DNA from: an uncultured Bacillota bacterium
GTDB taxonomy: Bacteria; Bacillota_I; Bacilli_A; RF39; UBA660
Reading direction: 5' to 3'
Length of the DNA: 64,000 nucleotides
Assembly (NCBI GenBank): GCA_947165005.1
Contig: CAMUYN010000001.1
Coordinates: 1,963-65,962, forward strand
The notes beneath the pieces were generated by a model. That model was not told the origin of the DNA, ran no database searches, and was given only the letters and a program-made list of their open reading frames with translations. Numbering within the stretch: the first letter of the stretch is position 1; every line of letters starts with the position of its first letter. The position numbers were made by a program, and so were the translations under genes. Positions 45,937 through 58,035 of this stretch are shown here, piece by piece.

Positions 45937-48943
<3,007 letters not shown>

Positions 48944-48953
48944 GAGGTAAGGT

Positions 48954-51431
48954 ATGGATCACAGTAGAGATAGATTAGAAGAAAACAATATAGTTAATGA
49001 AATTGAAACATCCTTTCTAGAATACTCAATGAGTGTTATTGTATCTAGAGCTTTACCAGACCTAAGAGATGGTTTAAAGCCAGTTCATAGAAGAATTTTA
49101 TGGTCAATGTATGAATCTGGATATACTCCAGATAAACCTCATAAGAAATCGGCAAGAATTGTCGGTGATGTTATGGGTAAATACCATCCACATGGAGATT
49201 CTTCAATATATGAAGCAATGGTACATATGGCACAAGATTTTAGTTATAGAAACTGTTTAGTTGATGGCCATGGTAACTTTGGTAATATTGAAGGTTATGG
49301 CGCAGCAGCAATGCGTTATACTGAAGCAAGATTATCAAAAATTTCATTAGAATTATTAAGAGATATACAAAAAGAAACAGTAGATATGGTTCCAAACTTT
49401 GATGAATCAGAGAAAGAACCAGCTGTATTACCATCAAGATTTCCTAATATATTAGTTAATGGAACAATGGGTATAGCAGTAGGTATGGCTACTAATATTC
49501 CACCACATAACTTAGGAGAAGTAATTGATGGATGTGTTGCATATATAGATAATCCTAATATAGATGTTCTAGGATTGATGCAATATATTAAAGGACCAGA
49601 CTTTCCAACAGGTGGAATAATCCTTGGTAATAGTGGTATTAAAAAGGCCTATGAAACAGGAAGAGGTTCTATTACTATAAGAAGTAAGGCTACTATTGAA
49701 GAAACTGATGGAAAACATCAAATAATTATTGATGAAGTTCCATATGGAGTAAATACTTCAACATTAAAAAATAAAGTAGCAGAATTAGTACATAATAAAG
49801 TAATTGATGGCATATCTGATTACCATACTGACTTAAAAGATGGTGTTAAGATAACAATTACTTTAAAGAAAGATGCTAATGCACAAGTAGTATTAAATAA
49901 TTTATATAAACATACAGATTTCCAAACAAATTTTGGTATTATCTTCCTAATGCTAGATAAAGGTGTACCAAAAACACTTGGATTAAAAGATATAATTGCT
50001 AAATATATAGATTATCAAAAAGAAATAATTATTAGAAGAACTAGATATGATCTTAAAAAAGCACAAGATAGAGTACATATATTAGAAGGATTAAAGATAG
50101 CTCTTGATCATATAGATGAAGTAATTAAACTAATCAGAGGTTCTAAGACAGATGACATTGCTAGAGAAGGATTAATGAAACAATTTGGTTTAACAGAAAT
50201 CCAAGCAAACGCTATTCTAGAAATGAAGTTAAGAAGATTAACTGGATTAGAAAGAGAAAAGATTGAAGAAGAATTATCTGAATTATTAAAGAAAATTGAG
50301 GAATATAATGCTATTCTTGCTAGTGAAGAAAAAGTATTAGCTATAATCAAGGAAGAATTATTAGATATTAAGAATAGATATTCTGATGAAAGAAGAACTA
50401 AGATTGATATGACTGCTATAGATTTCATCGAAGATGAATCATTAATACCAGTTGAGGATATAATTATTAACTTAACTAATAAAGGTTATATTAAGAGATT
50501 ACCAATTGATACTTACAAAGTACAAAACAAAGGTGGAGTAGGTGTTAAAGGTATGCAAACTCAAGAAGAAGACTTTGTTACTAAGATGGTTACATTAAAG
50601 ACTCATGATCATGTATTATTCTTTACTAATAAAGGTAAAGTATATAGAATTAAAGGTTATGAAGTACCAGAATTTAGTAGACAAGCTAAAGGATTACCAA
50701 TAATTAATCTATTACCAATCGAAAAAGATGAATATGTAAGAGAAATTCTTCCGGTTCAAGCTGATGATAGTGTTAAAGATAAATTAATTACATTTGTTAC
50801 AAAGAAAGGTATAGTTAAGAGAACAAATATCTCTGAATTTGAAAATATAAGAGTAACTGGTAAAATAGCTATAACTTTAAAAGAAAATGATGAATTATTA
50901 TCAGTATTCTTAACAGATGGTAACCAACAAATCTTAATCGGTGCATCAAATGGTAGAATGGTTAAGTTCAACGAAGATGAGATAAGAATCTTAGGTAGAA
51001 CTGCAAGTGGTGTTAAGGGTATAGATATACCAGAAGAAATTAATTGCGTAAGTGCAGATGTTATTACTGAAGATGATGAAATACTTATAATTACAGAGAA
51101 TGGTTATGGCAAAAGAACAAATGTTCGTGAATATAGATTAACTCACAGAGGTAGTAAAGGTGTTAAAGGATTAAACGTTACTGAAAAGAATGGCCCATTA
51201 ATATCAATAAGTAAGGTTGAAGATGATTCAGACTTAATTATAATTACTAATTCAGGTATAGTTATAAGAATTCCACTAGATCAAGTATCTAAAATGAGTA
51301 GAGTAACTCAAGGAGTTAGATTAATAACATTAAAAGATAATCAAAAAGTAGCTACAGTTTCTATATCGAAAAAAGAAGTAGAAACAGAAAATACTGAAGA
51401 AACACAGCAAGAATCATCAACTGAAGAATAA
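48954..51431 (+). CDS. gyrA: DNA gyrase subunit A
   Basis: It contains [28 protein letters not shown] and [10 protein letters not shown], plus C-terminal beta-pinwheel repeats. Confidence 0.97.
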   Translation: MDHSRDRLEENNIVNEIETSFLEYSMSVIVSRALPDLRDGLKPVHRRILWSMYESGYTPDKPHKKSARIVGDVMGKYHPHGDSSIYEAMVHMAQDFSYRNCLVDGHGNFGNIEGYGAAAMRYTEARLSKISLELLRDIQKETVDMVPNFDESEKEPAVLPSRFPNILVNGTMGIAVGMATNIPPHNLGEVIDGCVAYIDNPNIDVLGLMQYIKGPDFPTGGIILGNSGIKKAYETGRGSITIRSKATIEETDGKHQIIIDEVPYGVNTSTLKNKVAELVHNKVIDGISDYHTDLKDGVKITITLKKDANAQVVLNNLYKHTDFQTNFGIIFLMLDKGVPKTLGLKDIIAKYIDYQKEIIIRRTRYDLKKAQDRVHILEGLKIALDHIDEVIKLIRGSKTDDIAREGLMKQFGLTEIQANAILEMKLRRLTGLEREKIEEELSELLKKIEEYNAILASEEKVLAIIKEELLDIKNRYSDERRTKIDMTAIDFIEDESLIPVEDIIINLTNKGYIKRLPIDTYKVQNKGGVGVKGMQTQEEDFVTKMVTLKTHDHVLFFTNKGKVYRIKGYEVPEFSRQAKGLPIINLLPIEKDEYVREILPVQADDSVKDKLITFVTKKGIVKRTNISEFENIRVTGKIAITLKENDELLSVFLTDGNQQILIGASNGRMVKFNEDEIRILGRTASGVKGIDIPEEINCVSADVITEDDEILIITENGYGKRTNVREYRLTHRGSKGVKGLNVTEKNGPLISISKVEDDSDLIIITNSGIVIRIPLDQVSKMSRVTQGVRLITLKDNQKVATVSISKKEVETENTEETQQESSTEE

Positions 51432-51441
51432 TATTAAACAA

Positions 51442-51457
51442 TGTTTCACGTGAAACA
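51442..51457. promoter_or_regulatory. parS site A (perfect TGTTTCACGTGAAACA)
   Basis: It is an exact 16-mer, embedded in a 26-bp perfect palindrome at 51437-51462, followed by a T-run (terminator-like) after gyrA. Confidence 0.85.
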
Positions 51458-51476
51458 TTGTTTTTTTACTAAAAAA

Positions 51477-51492
51477 TATTTCCCGGGAAATA
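51477..51492. promoter_or_regulatory. NBS-type palindrome A (perfect TATTTCCCGGGAAATA)
   Basis: It is an exact 16-mer within the 28-bp palindrome AAAAAATATTTCCCGGGAAATATTTTTT at 51471-51498. It matches the Noc-binding site consensus as I recall it. Confidence 0.7.
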
Positions 51493-51551
51493 TTTTTTTT
51501 GATAATTTTTATTATTTATGATATATTTAATGTGAAACTGGTGATAAAAAT

Positions 51552-52094
51552 ATGAAAAATTACAAAGAATTAGGTTTTGATAGTGAATATGAGATGAATT
51601 TATATCATGACGTATGTTGTGAAATGAATTATGTAATAGAATTTTCATCATTTCAAGATCTACTAAACTATTTAGAAACTAATAATATAAAGAATATAAA
51701 GAATCAGCAAACAAAAAGTCAATGTAATACATTTATAAGAAAAAATAATTTATTAGAACTATTAATGGAAGTGGAAGAACAACCATTAGTTAATAGATAT
51801 ATAGAATTATATAAATATCATGCCAATTTCTATTCTATATCAAGTAATGTTATCAAACTTAATGGAATCTTACTTACAAATGCAATAAAAAGTAAAAATG
51901 ATGAACAAGCTAATTTTTACAAAGCAGAAATAAGCAGAACATTAGATATAGCAGAAGTTCACCTACGTTGCCTAACATATATTGTTGAACAAGTATATGA
52001 TAAAGTACCACTTGATTCATATCAATTTATTAAAGGAATTGAATATGTACAAAGTGAAGTATTTAAGGATAATGGTAACTTTGGTTTGAGTTAA
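51552..52094 (+). CDS. Hypothetical protein (180 aa, predicted helical)
   Basis: The ORF has a GGTGA RBS and a TTGATA-17 nt-TATATT promoter abutting NBS A. No family recognised. Confidence 0.55.
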   Translation: MKNYKELGFDSEYEMNLYHDVCCEMNYVIEFSSFQDLLNYLETNNIKNIKNQQTKSQCNTFIRKNNLLELLMEVEEQPLVNRYIELYKYHANFYSISSNVIKLNGILLTNAIKSKNDEQANFYKAEISRTLDIAEVHLRCLTYIVEQVYDKVPLDSYQFIKGIEYVQSEVFKDNGNFGLS

Positions 52095-52097
52095 AAA

Positions 52098-52113
52098 TAT
52101 TTCCCGGGAAATA
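52098..52113. promoter_or_regulatory. NBS-type palindrome B (perfect TATTTCCCGGGAAATA)
   Basis: It is an exact 16-mer 4 nt after the stop codon of the 180-aa ORF. Confidence 0.7.
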
Positions 52114-52122
52114 TTTTTTATA

Positions 52123-52138
52123 TGTTTCACGTGAAACA
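52123..52138. promoter_or_regulatory. parS site B (perfect TGTTTCACGTGAAACA)
   Basis: It is an exact 16-mer 9 nt after NBS B. Confidence 0.85.
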
Positions 52139-52183
52139 TTAATATGAATTGACTTTTTAAATAAAATAAAGTATATTAATATT

Positions 52184-52254
52184 GCACAACGGAGAACTTG
52201 GAATCAGGTCAGGATAGAAATATAGCAGCCTTAACATTTAATTTCCGTGTGTGC
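52184..52254 (+). ncRNA. ffs: Signal recognition particle RNA, small (4.5S-like) type
   Basis: GGTCAGG-ATA-GAAA-TAT-AGCAGCC reproduces the SRP domain IV core (E. coli GGUCAGG-UCC-GGAA-GGA-AGCAGCC). The closing helix pairs GCACAACGGAGAA with TTTCCGTGTGTGC. A TTGACT-17 nt-TATATT promoter is at 52149-52177 and a T-run terminator at 52256-52263. The position upstream of tadA/dnaX matches Bacillus. Confidence 0.88.
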
Positions 52255-52273
52255 ATTTTTTTTGGAGTAAAAT

Positions 52274-52669
52274 ATGGACGTAATTGCAGAATTAAATAAA
52301 CTTATGGATATAGCTATTAAGAAAAATGAAGTTCCAGTAGCGTGTATCATTACAAAAAATAATAAAATAATAGCAAAAGCATATAATAAAACAAATAAAT
52401 CTAATAATATATTAGATCATGCAGAAATAATTTCAATCATCAAGGCTTCAAAAAAGATAAACAATTGGAGATTAAATGATTGTATAATGTATATTTCATT
52501 AGAACCATGTTCTATGTGCAAGGAAGTTATTAAAAAGTCTAGAATTAAGAAAGTAATATATTTTTCAAAGCAAAATGGGCATAAAACCGAATCTGATATT
52601 GATTATGAATATATAAATAATGATAAAATATCAAATAAATTATCGAATTTTTTTAAAGGTATTAGATAA
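52274..52669 (+). CDS. tadA: tRNA adenosine(34) deaminase TadA (short form)
   Basis: It contains VPVACIIT, HAEIISI and PCSMCKEVI (zinc-binding CDA motifs). Confidence 0.88.
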   Translation: MDVIAELNKLMDIAIKKNEVPVACIITKNNKIIAKAYNKTNKSNNILDHAEIISIIKASKKINNWRLNDCIMYISLEPCSMCKEVIKKSRIKKVIYFSKQNGHKTESDIDYEYINNDKISNKLSNFFKGIR

Positions 52670-52676
52670 ACAGTAA

Positions 52677-52692
52677 TGTTTCACGTGAAACA
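52677..52692. promoter_or_regulatory. parS site C (perfect TGTTTCACGTGAAACA)
   Basis: It is an exact 16-mer within a 30-bp perfect palindrome at 52670-52699, directly after tadA. Confidence 0.85.
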
Positions 52693-52714
52693 TTACTGTT
52701 TTAATATTCAAAAA

Positions 52715-52730
52715 TATTTCCCGGGAAATA
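52715..52730. promoter_or_regulatory. NBS-type palindrome C (perfect TATTTCCCGGGAAATA)
   Basis: It is an exact 16-mer. It is followed by TTTTTGATA, as copy A is. Confidence 0.7.
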
Positions 52731-52832
52731 TTTTTTTGATATCTATAACAAAAAAATATGAGATTTTCACAATTATTTACTTAATCTATATAGGTAAATG
52801 TGTTATAATTATTAGGGAAAGGAAAGATAAAT

Positions 52833-54482
52833 ATGATATATCAAGCTTTATACAGAAAATATAGACCAAAGACATTTGATGATGTTTGTGGTCAAGAAAT
52901 AATTACTACAACTTTGAAGAATGCAATTAAATATAATAAGTTAACACATGCATATCTATTTATTGGACCTAGGGGTACTGGTAAAACAAGTATTGCAAAA
53001 ATATTTGCTAAAACAATTAACTGTGAATCAAATAAAGATGGAGTTTCTTGTGAAAAATGCGATATTTGTAAAATGAGCAATAATAATGAGAATGTTGATA
53101 TTATTGAAATGGATGCAGCTTCTAACAATGGCGTAGATGAAGTGAGAGAAATTAAAAATCACGTTACATATATGCCAACATTCTCAAAATATAAAGTATA
53201 TATTATAGATGAAGTTCATATGTTATCTGCAGGTGCTTTTAATGCACTGCTTAAAACATTGGAAGAACCACCAAAACATGTGATCTTTATATTAGCTACA
53301 ACAGAACCACAAAAAGTCCCTTTAACTATAATCTCTAGATGCCAATGCTTTGAATTTAAATCTATACCAAATAATTTAATAGAGGATAGAATTAAATATA
53401 TATGTAAGGAAGAAAAAATAAAAATATCTGATGAATCAATTAAACAAATAGGAGAAGATTCAAACGGTGGATTAAGAGATGCAATTGGCCTATTAGATCA
53501 ATTGAATTCATACACTAACGGAAATATTAATTTAGAGGATGTTCTTAAGATAAATGGTAGAGTTAATCAAGATACATTTAAAAATATATTCGATTATATA
53601 ATAAATAATAATATAGAAGAATTATTTAATTTAAGTGACAAATTTAATTCTGAAGGAAAAGATTTTGTATTAATTTGTGAAGATTTAATTAAGTATCTAA
53701 AAGATTCACTTATTGAATACCAAATTAATAATGAAAATGAGTTGGTAGGGCAACTGGGAAAAGAAAAAGTAACAAAGATAATATTCGAGGTTAGTGATTA
53801 TATCGGTCGTATGCGAAATATTAGAGAAAAAAAAATATTTTTTGATTTATTATTAATAAAGATAGGTAGTATTATAAATACAAATGTTCGTGTTGAAGAA
53901 TCTAAACCTATTTTAATAGAAAAAAAAGAAGAAATTAAAGAAATCAAAAATAATGAGTCTAAAATAGAAGCACAAAAAGAAGAAATTAAAAAAACAGCAC
54001 ATATAATGGATGAGAAATATATTAAATATAATGAATTAATGAAAATAAGATTAAACAATATATTAGCTCAAGCAGATAGAAACTCCCTAAAGAGTTATTT
54101 AGAATTCATCAATAATCTAGAAGCAAACCTAGATAATCTAGAGGAAAGACAAATATATAATTTATTATTGGATTGTGAAATAGTTGCTGGATCCAGTGAT
54201 GGTTTAGTTATTACAACTGACTCTAAAATTTTACTAGAAGAATTATATGACAATCTATCTAATATTGAAAATTTAATTAGCAATAAGTTAAATACAAATA
54301 TACATGCATGTTTTAATTTAAATGATGATTGGATAAAAACAAGTGAAGTATATAGAAAAAAGATAAGAAATAAAGAAAAAATTGAATTATTAGATGAATC
54401 AGAAATATTAAAGAGTATACTTGATACAAATGAAGTTAAGAAAAATGAATTTGAAGATTTATTGGAGATAGGAGAAATGTAA
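52833..54482 (+). CDS. dnaX: DNA polymerase III subunits gamma/tau
   Basis: It contains YRKYRPKTFDDVCGQE, GPRGTGKTS, a C-x-C zinc module and IIDEVHMLS. Confidence 0.95.
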   Translation: MIYQALYRKYRPKTFDDVCGQEIITTTLKNAIKYNKLTHAYLFIGPRGTGKTSIAKIFAKTINCESNKDGVSCEKCDICKMSNNNENVDIIEMDAASNNGVDEVREIKNHVTYMPTFSKYKVYIIDEVHMLSAGAFNALLKTLEEPPKHVIFILATTEPQKVPLTIISRCQCFEFKSIPNNLIEDRIKYICKEEKIKISDESIKQIGEDSNGGLRDAIGLLDQLNSYTNGNINLEDVLKINGRVNQDTFKNIFDYIINNNIEELFNLSDKFNSEGKDFVLICEDLIKYLKDSLIEYQINNENELVGQLGKEKVTKIIFEVSDYIGRMRNIREKKIFFDLLLIKIGSIINTNVRVEESKPILIEKKEEIKEIKNNESKIEAQKEEIKKTAHIMDEKYIKYNELMKIRLNNILAQADRNSLKSYLEFINNLEANLDNLEERQIYNLLLDCEIVAGSSDGLVITTDSKILLEELYDNLSNIENLISNKLNTNIHACFNLNDDWIKTSEVYRKKIRNKEKIELLDESEILKSILDTNEVKKNEFEDLLEIGEM

Positions 54483-54483
54483 T

Positions 54484-54777
54484 ATGAATATGAATCAAAT
54501 TTTAAAGCAAGCACAAGCAATGCAAAAAGATATGATGAAGGCACAAGAAGAAGTAGGAAAAATGACATTTATTGCTTCTAAAGATTTAGTAACAGTAGAA
54601 GTAAATGGTAATAGAAAGGTTACTAAAGTAACATTGTCTAAGGATATTGATGTTGAAGATATAGAAATGCTAGAAGATATGATTTTAATTGCTACTAATG
54701 ATGCTTTAGATCAAGCTGAAGCAGAAATGGAGAAAAAACTAGGTAAATACTCTAAAGGTATGCCAGGTTTATTTTAG
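54484..54777 (+). CDS. ebfC: Nucleoid-associated protein YbaB/EbfC
   Basis: It starts MNMNQILKQAQAMQKDMMKAQEE and lies between dnaX and recR. Confidence 0.9.
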   Translation: MNMNQILKQAQAMQKDMMKAQEEVGKMTFIASKDLVTVEVNGNRKVTKVTLSKDIDVEDIEMLEDMILIATNDALDQAEAEMEKKLGKYSKGMPGLF

Positions 54778-54779
54778 TT

Positions 54780-55385
54780 ATGAAATATCCTAAGAGTTTC
54801 GAAGAATTACTAGATTGCTTTAAAATGCTTCCTGGAATAGGAGAAAAAAATGCAGAACGTTTATGTTTTGCAGTTTTGCATTTTAATGAAGAACAAGCAA
54901 AAAAGTTTTCAGATTCAATAATGAATGTAAAAACAAAAATTAAAAAGTGTAATATTTGTAATAATTACACAGAAGATAGTGAAATTTGTGAAATATGTAG
55001 TGATTCTTCCAGAGATAATACGACAATTTGTGTTGTAGAAAGCGTTAAAGATCTTATACTACTAGAAAAGTCTAATGCGTATAAAGGTATATACCATGTG
55101 CTTGAGGGGTTAATATCACCACTTGAAGGTATTAATCCAGAAGATATTAAGATTAATCAATTAATTAATAGAATAAAAGATGGCAATGTTAAAGAAGTTA
55201 TTTTAGCTTTGAATATGACTATGGAAGGTGAAACAACTTCGTTATATATATCGAAATTGTTACAGGGAACAGGTGTTTCAGTTACAAAAATAGCAGCAGG
55301 TATACCTGTGGCTGCTGATATGGAATATCTTGATTCACTTACTATTCAAAGAGCCTTGGAGGGAAGAAATAAATTATCAGATTAA
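54780..55385 (+). CDS. recR: Recombination protein RecR
   Basis: It contains LPGIGEKNAERL, a C4 zinc finger (CNICNNYTEDSEICEIC) and a Toprim region. Confidence 0.95.
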   Translation: MKYPKSFEELLDCFKMLPGIGEKNAERLCFAVLHFNEEQAKKFSDSIMNVKTKIKKCNICNNYTEDSEICEICSDSSRDNTTICVVESVKDLILLEKSNAYKGIYHVLEGLISPLEGINPEDIKINQLINRIKDGNVKEVILALNMTMEGETTSLYISKLLQGTGVSVTKIAAGIPVAADMEYLDSLTIQRALEGRNKLSD

Positions 55386-55431
55386 TAGTCATAAATAAAA
55401 ATTATCCTAATATAATTAAATTGGTGATAAT

Positions 55432-55620
55432 ATGAAACTATTATTTAAAATAATTAAGAAGTTATCATTAAGTTTTGGAATTTTGTATGGTTATAATATT
55501 TTAATGCAATCATTTAATTTACCAATACCAATTAATTTGATTACAGTGGGTATTACTTTCTTTTTAGGTATACCAGGATTTTTAGGGTTGATTTTGTTTT
55601 TTATGATTAATTTTATGTGA
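55432..55620 (+). CDS. bofA: Pro-sigma-K processing inhibitor BofA family protein
   Basis: PIPINLITVGITFFLGIPGF resembles BofA VPINLVT...GILGIPG. The position after recR matches Bacillus. Confidence 0.7.
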   Translation: MKLLFKIIKKLSLSFGILYGYNILMQSFNLPIPINLITVGITFFLGIPGFLGLILFFMINFM

Positions 55621-55626
55621 GGAAAT

Positions 55627-56538
55627 ATGCTAGAGAAGTATTTAGAAAAGCAAAATATACCAACAAATTTGCTTTTGAATGAAAAACAAAATAATAAAAT
55701 AGTTCAAGCTTATCTATTTGTTTCAGAAGATAAGAGTTTTTTGATGCAATATTCTCTAGATTTTGCAAAAGAAATAATATGTGATGAATATGATGAAAGA
55801 ATATCAAAACAGATAGATGATAATTGTTATCCGGAATTAAAGATAATAGAATCACAAAGTAATACTATAAAAAAAGAACAATTATTAGAATTACAAGAAT
55901 CGTTTTCAGTAAAACCAGTACTTGGTAATAAGCTTGTGTATATAATTGATGGCGTAGAAAACTTAAATTCTGCAGCAGCTAATACAATATTAAAGTTTTT
56001 AGAGGAACCAAGTGATGGAATAGTTGCCATTTTATTAACTGATAATTTACAAAAAGTTTTATCTACAGTAAAATCAAGATGTCAAACCATTGTTTTTAAT
56101 AATGAAAAAAAGAGTAAAAATTTAATATTTGATAATTATAAGAAATATTATCAAGAGTCTGAATATAATGATGAAACATTTAATTATCTAGTTTCTGGGA
56201 TTTTAGAATTAATAAAAAAGATTGATACAAAAAAGATAAAGACCTATATTTACTATAAAACTGATATAACAGATATATATAAAGATAAAAGGGATTATAT
56301 GTTCTTATTTGACTTTATTCTATATTTTTATTATGATATGTTAAATTTTAAATTACATAGAAATTTAATGTATATGAATAATTATACTGATTATATTGAA
56401 GCACTTGATATAGATAACACGATTGAATCAATAACAAGTAAACTTCAAATAGTAGAAAATACAAAGAATTATTTAGAGACTAATATGAATTTAAAATTAT
56501 TAATGGATGATTTCATTATAAAGATGAGTGAGGTGTAG
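55627..56538 (+). CDS. holB: DNA polymerase III delta' subunit
   Basis: It contains QAYLFVSEDKS and AANTILKFLEEP...VKSRCQ, and lies upstream of ricT. Confidence 0.85.
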   Translation: MLEKYLEKQNIPTNLLLNEKQNNKIVQAYLFVSEDKSFLMQYSLDFAKEIICDEYDERISKQIDDNCYPELKIIESQSNTIKKEQLLELQESFSVKPVLGNKLVYIIDGVENLNSAAANTILKFLEEPSDGIVAILLTDNLQKVLSTVKSRCQTIVFNNEKKSKNLIFDNYKKYYQESEYNDETFNYLVSGILELIKKIDTKKIKTYIYYKTDITDIYKDKRDYMFLFDFILYFYYDMLNFKLHRNLMYMNNYTDYIEALDIDNTIESITSKLQIVENTKNYLETNMNLKLLMDDFIIKMSEV

Positions 56539-56539
56539 T

Positions 56540-57334
56540 ATGGAAACTATAAAAGTCGCAAAAATTACATTTTCAGAGGGTGGAAGAGAGTATTATTTTG
56601 ATTGTAATAATTTAAAACTTCATGATGGTCTTAATGTAGTAGTAGAAACAGAAAGAGGATTACAATTTGGCAATATATCTGAAATAGTTGAAGTAGATGC
56701 TGATAAATATAAGAATTTAAAAGAAGTAGTAAGAATAGCTTCTAAAAAAGATTTTGAACAATATCAGAGAAATATTAAAGATTCTAAGAAAGCTTTTGAT
56801 AAATGTAAGGAATTGATTGAACAAAATAAATTAGATATGAAACTAATTGATGCTAATTACAACTTTGAAAGAACACATTTATTCTTTACTTATTTATCAA
56901 ATGATAGAGTAGACTTTAGAGAACTAGCTAAACAATTAGCAGCTATCTATAAAGTGAGAATTGAATTAAGACAAATAGGTCCAAGAGATAAGGCTAAGGA
57001 AATCGGTGGTATTGGTCCATGTGGAAGACCACTTTGTTGTTCAAAATTCTTATATTCATTCAACAATATAACAATTAATATGGCTAAAAACCAAAACTTA
57101 TCTTTAAATCCAACTAAAATTAATGGATCTTGTAATAGATTATTATGCTGTTTAGATTATGAAGATGATACATATAGTGAAGAAAAGAAAAAATATCCTA
57201 AAATAGGCACTATTATTAATAGAGATGGTAAGAAAGGTAAAGTAATATCTGTAGATATCTTTAGAAAATCTTATAGAGTAGAAACTGAAGATAAAGATGT
57301 TATTGAAATATTCTTAGATGAAAGTAGTAAATGA
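56540..57334 (+). CDS. ricT: PSP1 domain protein RicT/YaaT (stage 0 sporulation)
   Basis: It contains VDFRELAKQLAAIYKVRIELRQIGPRD and GPCGRPLCCSKFL. ATG 56540 is the probable start. Confidence 0.88.
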   Translation: METIKVAKITFSEGGREYYFDCNNLKLHDGLNVVVETERGLQFGNISEIVEVDADKYKNLKEVVRIASKKDFEQYQRNIKDSKKAFDKCKELIEQNKLDMKLIDANYNFERTHLFFTYLSNDRVDFRELAKQLAAIYKVRIELRQIGPRDKAKEIGGIGPCGRPLCCSKFLYSFNNITINMAKNQNLSLNPTKINGSCNRLLCCLDYEDDTYSEEKKKYPKIGTIINRDGKKGKVISVDIFRKSYRVETEDKDVIEIFLDESSK

Positions 57335-58031
57335 TTTACTAGGATATAACAAAAAAATAGTTCAAGATACAGATTATTTTAGATATTCTTTAGATTCAGT
57401 ATTACTGGCTAATTTCTGTAATGTAAGAAAGAATACTAAAATGATAGATATATGTTCTGGTAATTGTCCAATTCCTTTAATATTATCTGATAAAGTAGAT
57501 AAGATTATTGGTGTAGAAATACAAAAAGAGACCTATGATCTAGGACTTGAATCTATTAAAATAAATAATCTAGAAGATAAAATAGAATTATTAAATATAG
57601 ATGCTAAAGAATTAACTAAAAAATATGAAACAGATACATTTGATTTAATCACATGTAATCCACCATATTTTAAAAATAATGAAACATCTAAAAAGAATAG
57701 CAATGATATTAAAACAATTGCTAGACATGAAATAACTATTACATTAGAAGATATAATGAAATTATCAAGAAAACTACTTAAAAATAATGGATCATTAGTA
57801 ATGGCTCATAGAGTAGAAAGATTAAGTGAAATAATAGAATTATCTAAGAAATATAACTTAGAAATAAAAAGATTACAATTTATATATCCTAAAATTGATC
57901 ATGAAGCTAATATGCTTTTATTTGAAGCAGTTAAAAATGGTAAATCTGGTATTAAAATAATGCCTCCAGTAATAGTTCATGATGAGAAAGGTAATTATAA
58001 AGAAGAAATAAAAAAGATATTTAAGGAGTGA
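57318..58031 (+). CDS. tRNA1(Val) (adenine37-N6)-methyltransferase-like SAM methyltransferase (YabB/TrmN6)
   Basis: It contains DSVLLANF, DICSGNCPIPL and CNPPYF. The position after ricT matches Bacillus. Confidence 0.75.
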   Translation: MKVVNDLLGYNKKIVQDTDYFRYSLDSVLLANFCNVRKNTKMIDICSGNCPIPLILSDKVDKIIGVEIQKETYDLGLESIKINNLEDKIELLNIDAKELTKKYETDTFDLITCNPPYFKNNETSKKNSNDIKTIARHEITITLEDIMKLSRKLLKNNGSLVMAHRVERLSEIIELSKKYNLEIKRLQFIYPKIDHEANMLLFEAVKNGKSGIKIMPPVIVHDEKGNYKEEIKKIFKE

Positions 58032-58035
58032 TATT

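Noticed and set aside
51469-51651. Minus-strand 60-aa ORF, and plus-strand 62-aa ORF at 52676-52864 (MFHVKHYCFNIQKYFPGNIF...)
   Set aside because: Both are read-throughs of the parS/NBS palindromes, as shown by the shared KYFPGNIF peptide that comes from translating the NBS. They overlap real promoters and genes and lack an RBS.
54095-54568. A 157-aa minus-strand ORF, with similar antisense ORFs at 38482-39030, 32285-32692, 62703-63008 and others
   Set aside because: They are entirely antisense to well-supported genes (dnaX, mnmE, parB, mfd/spoVT). Their S/L/F/I-rich low-complexity translations are typical of the reverse frame of AT-rich K/E/N-rich genes.
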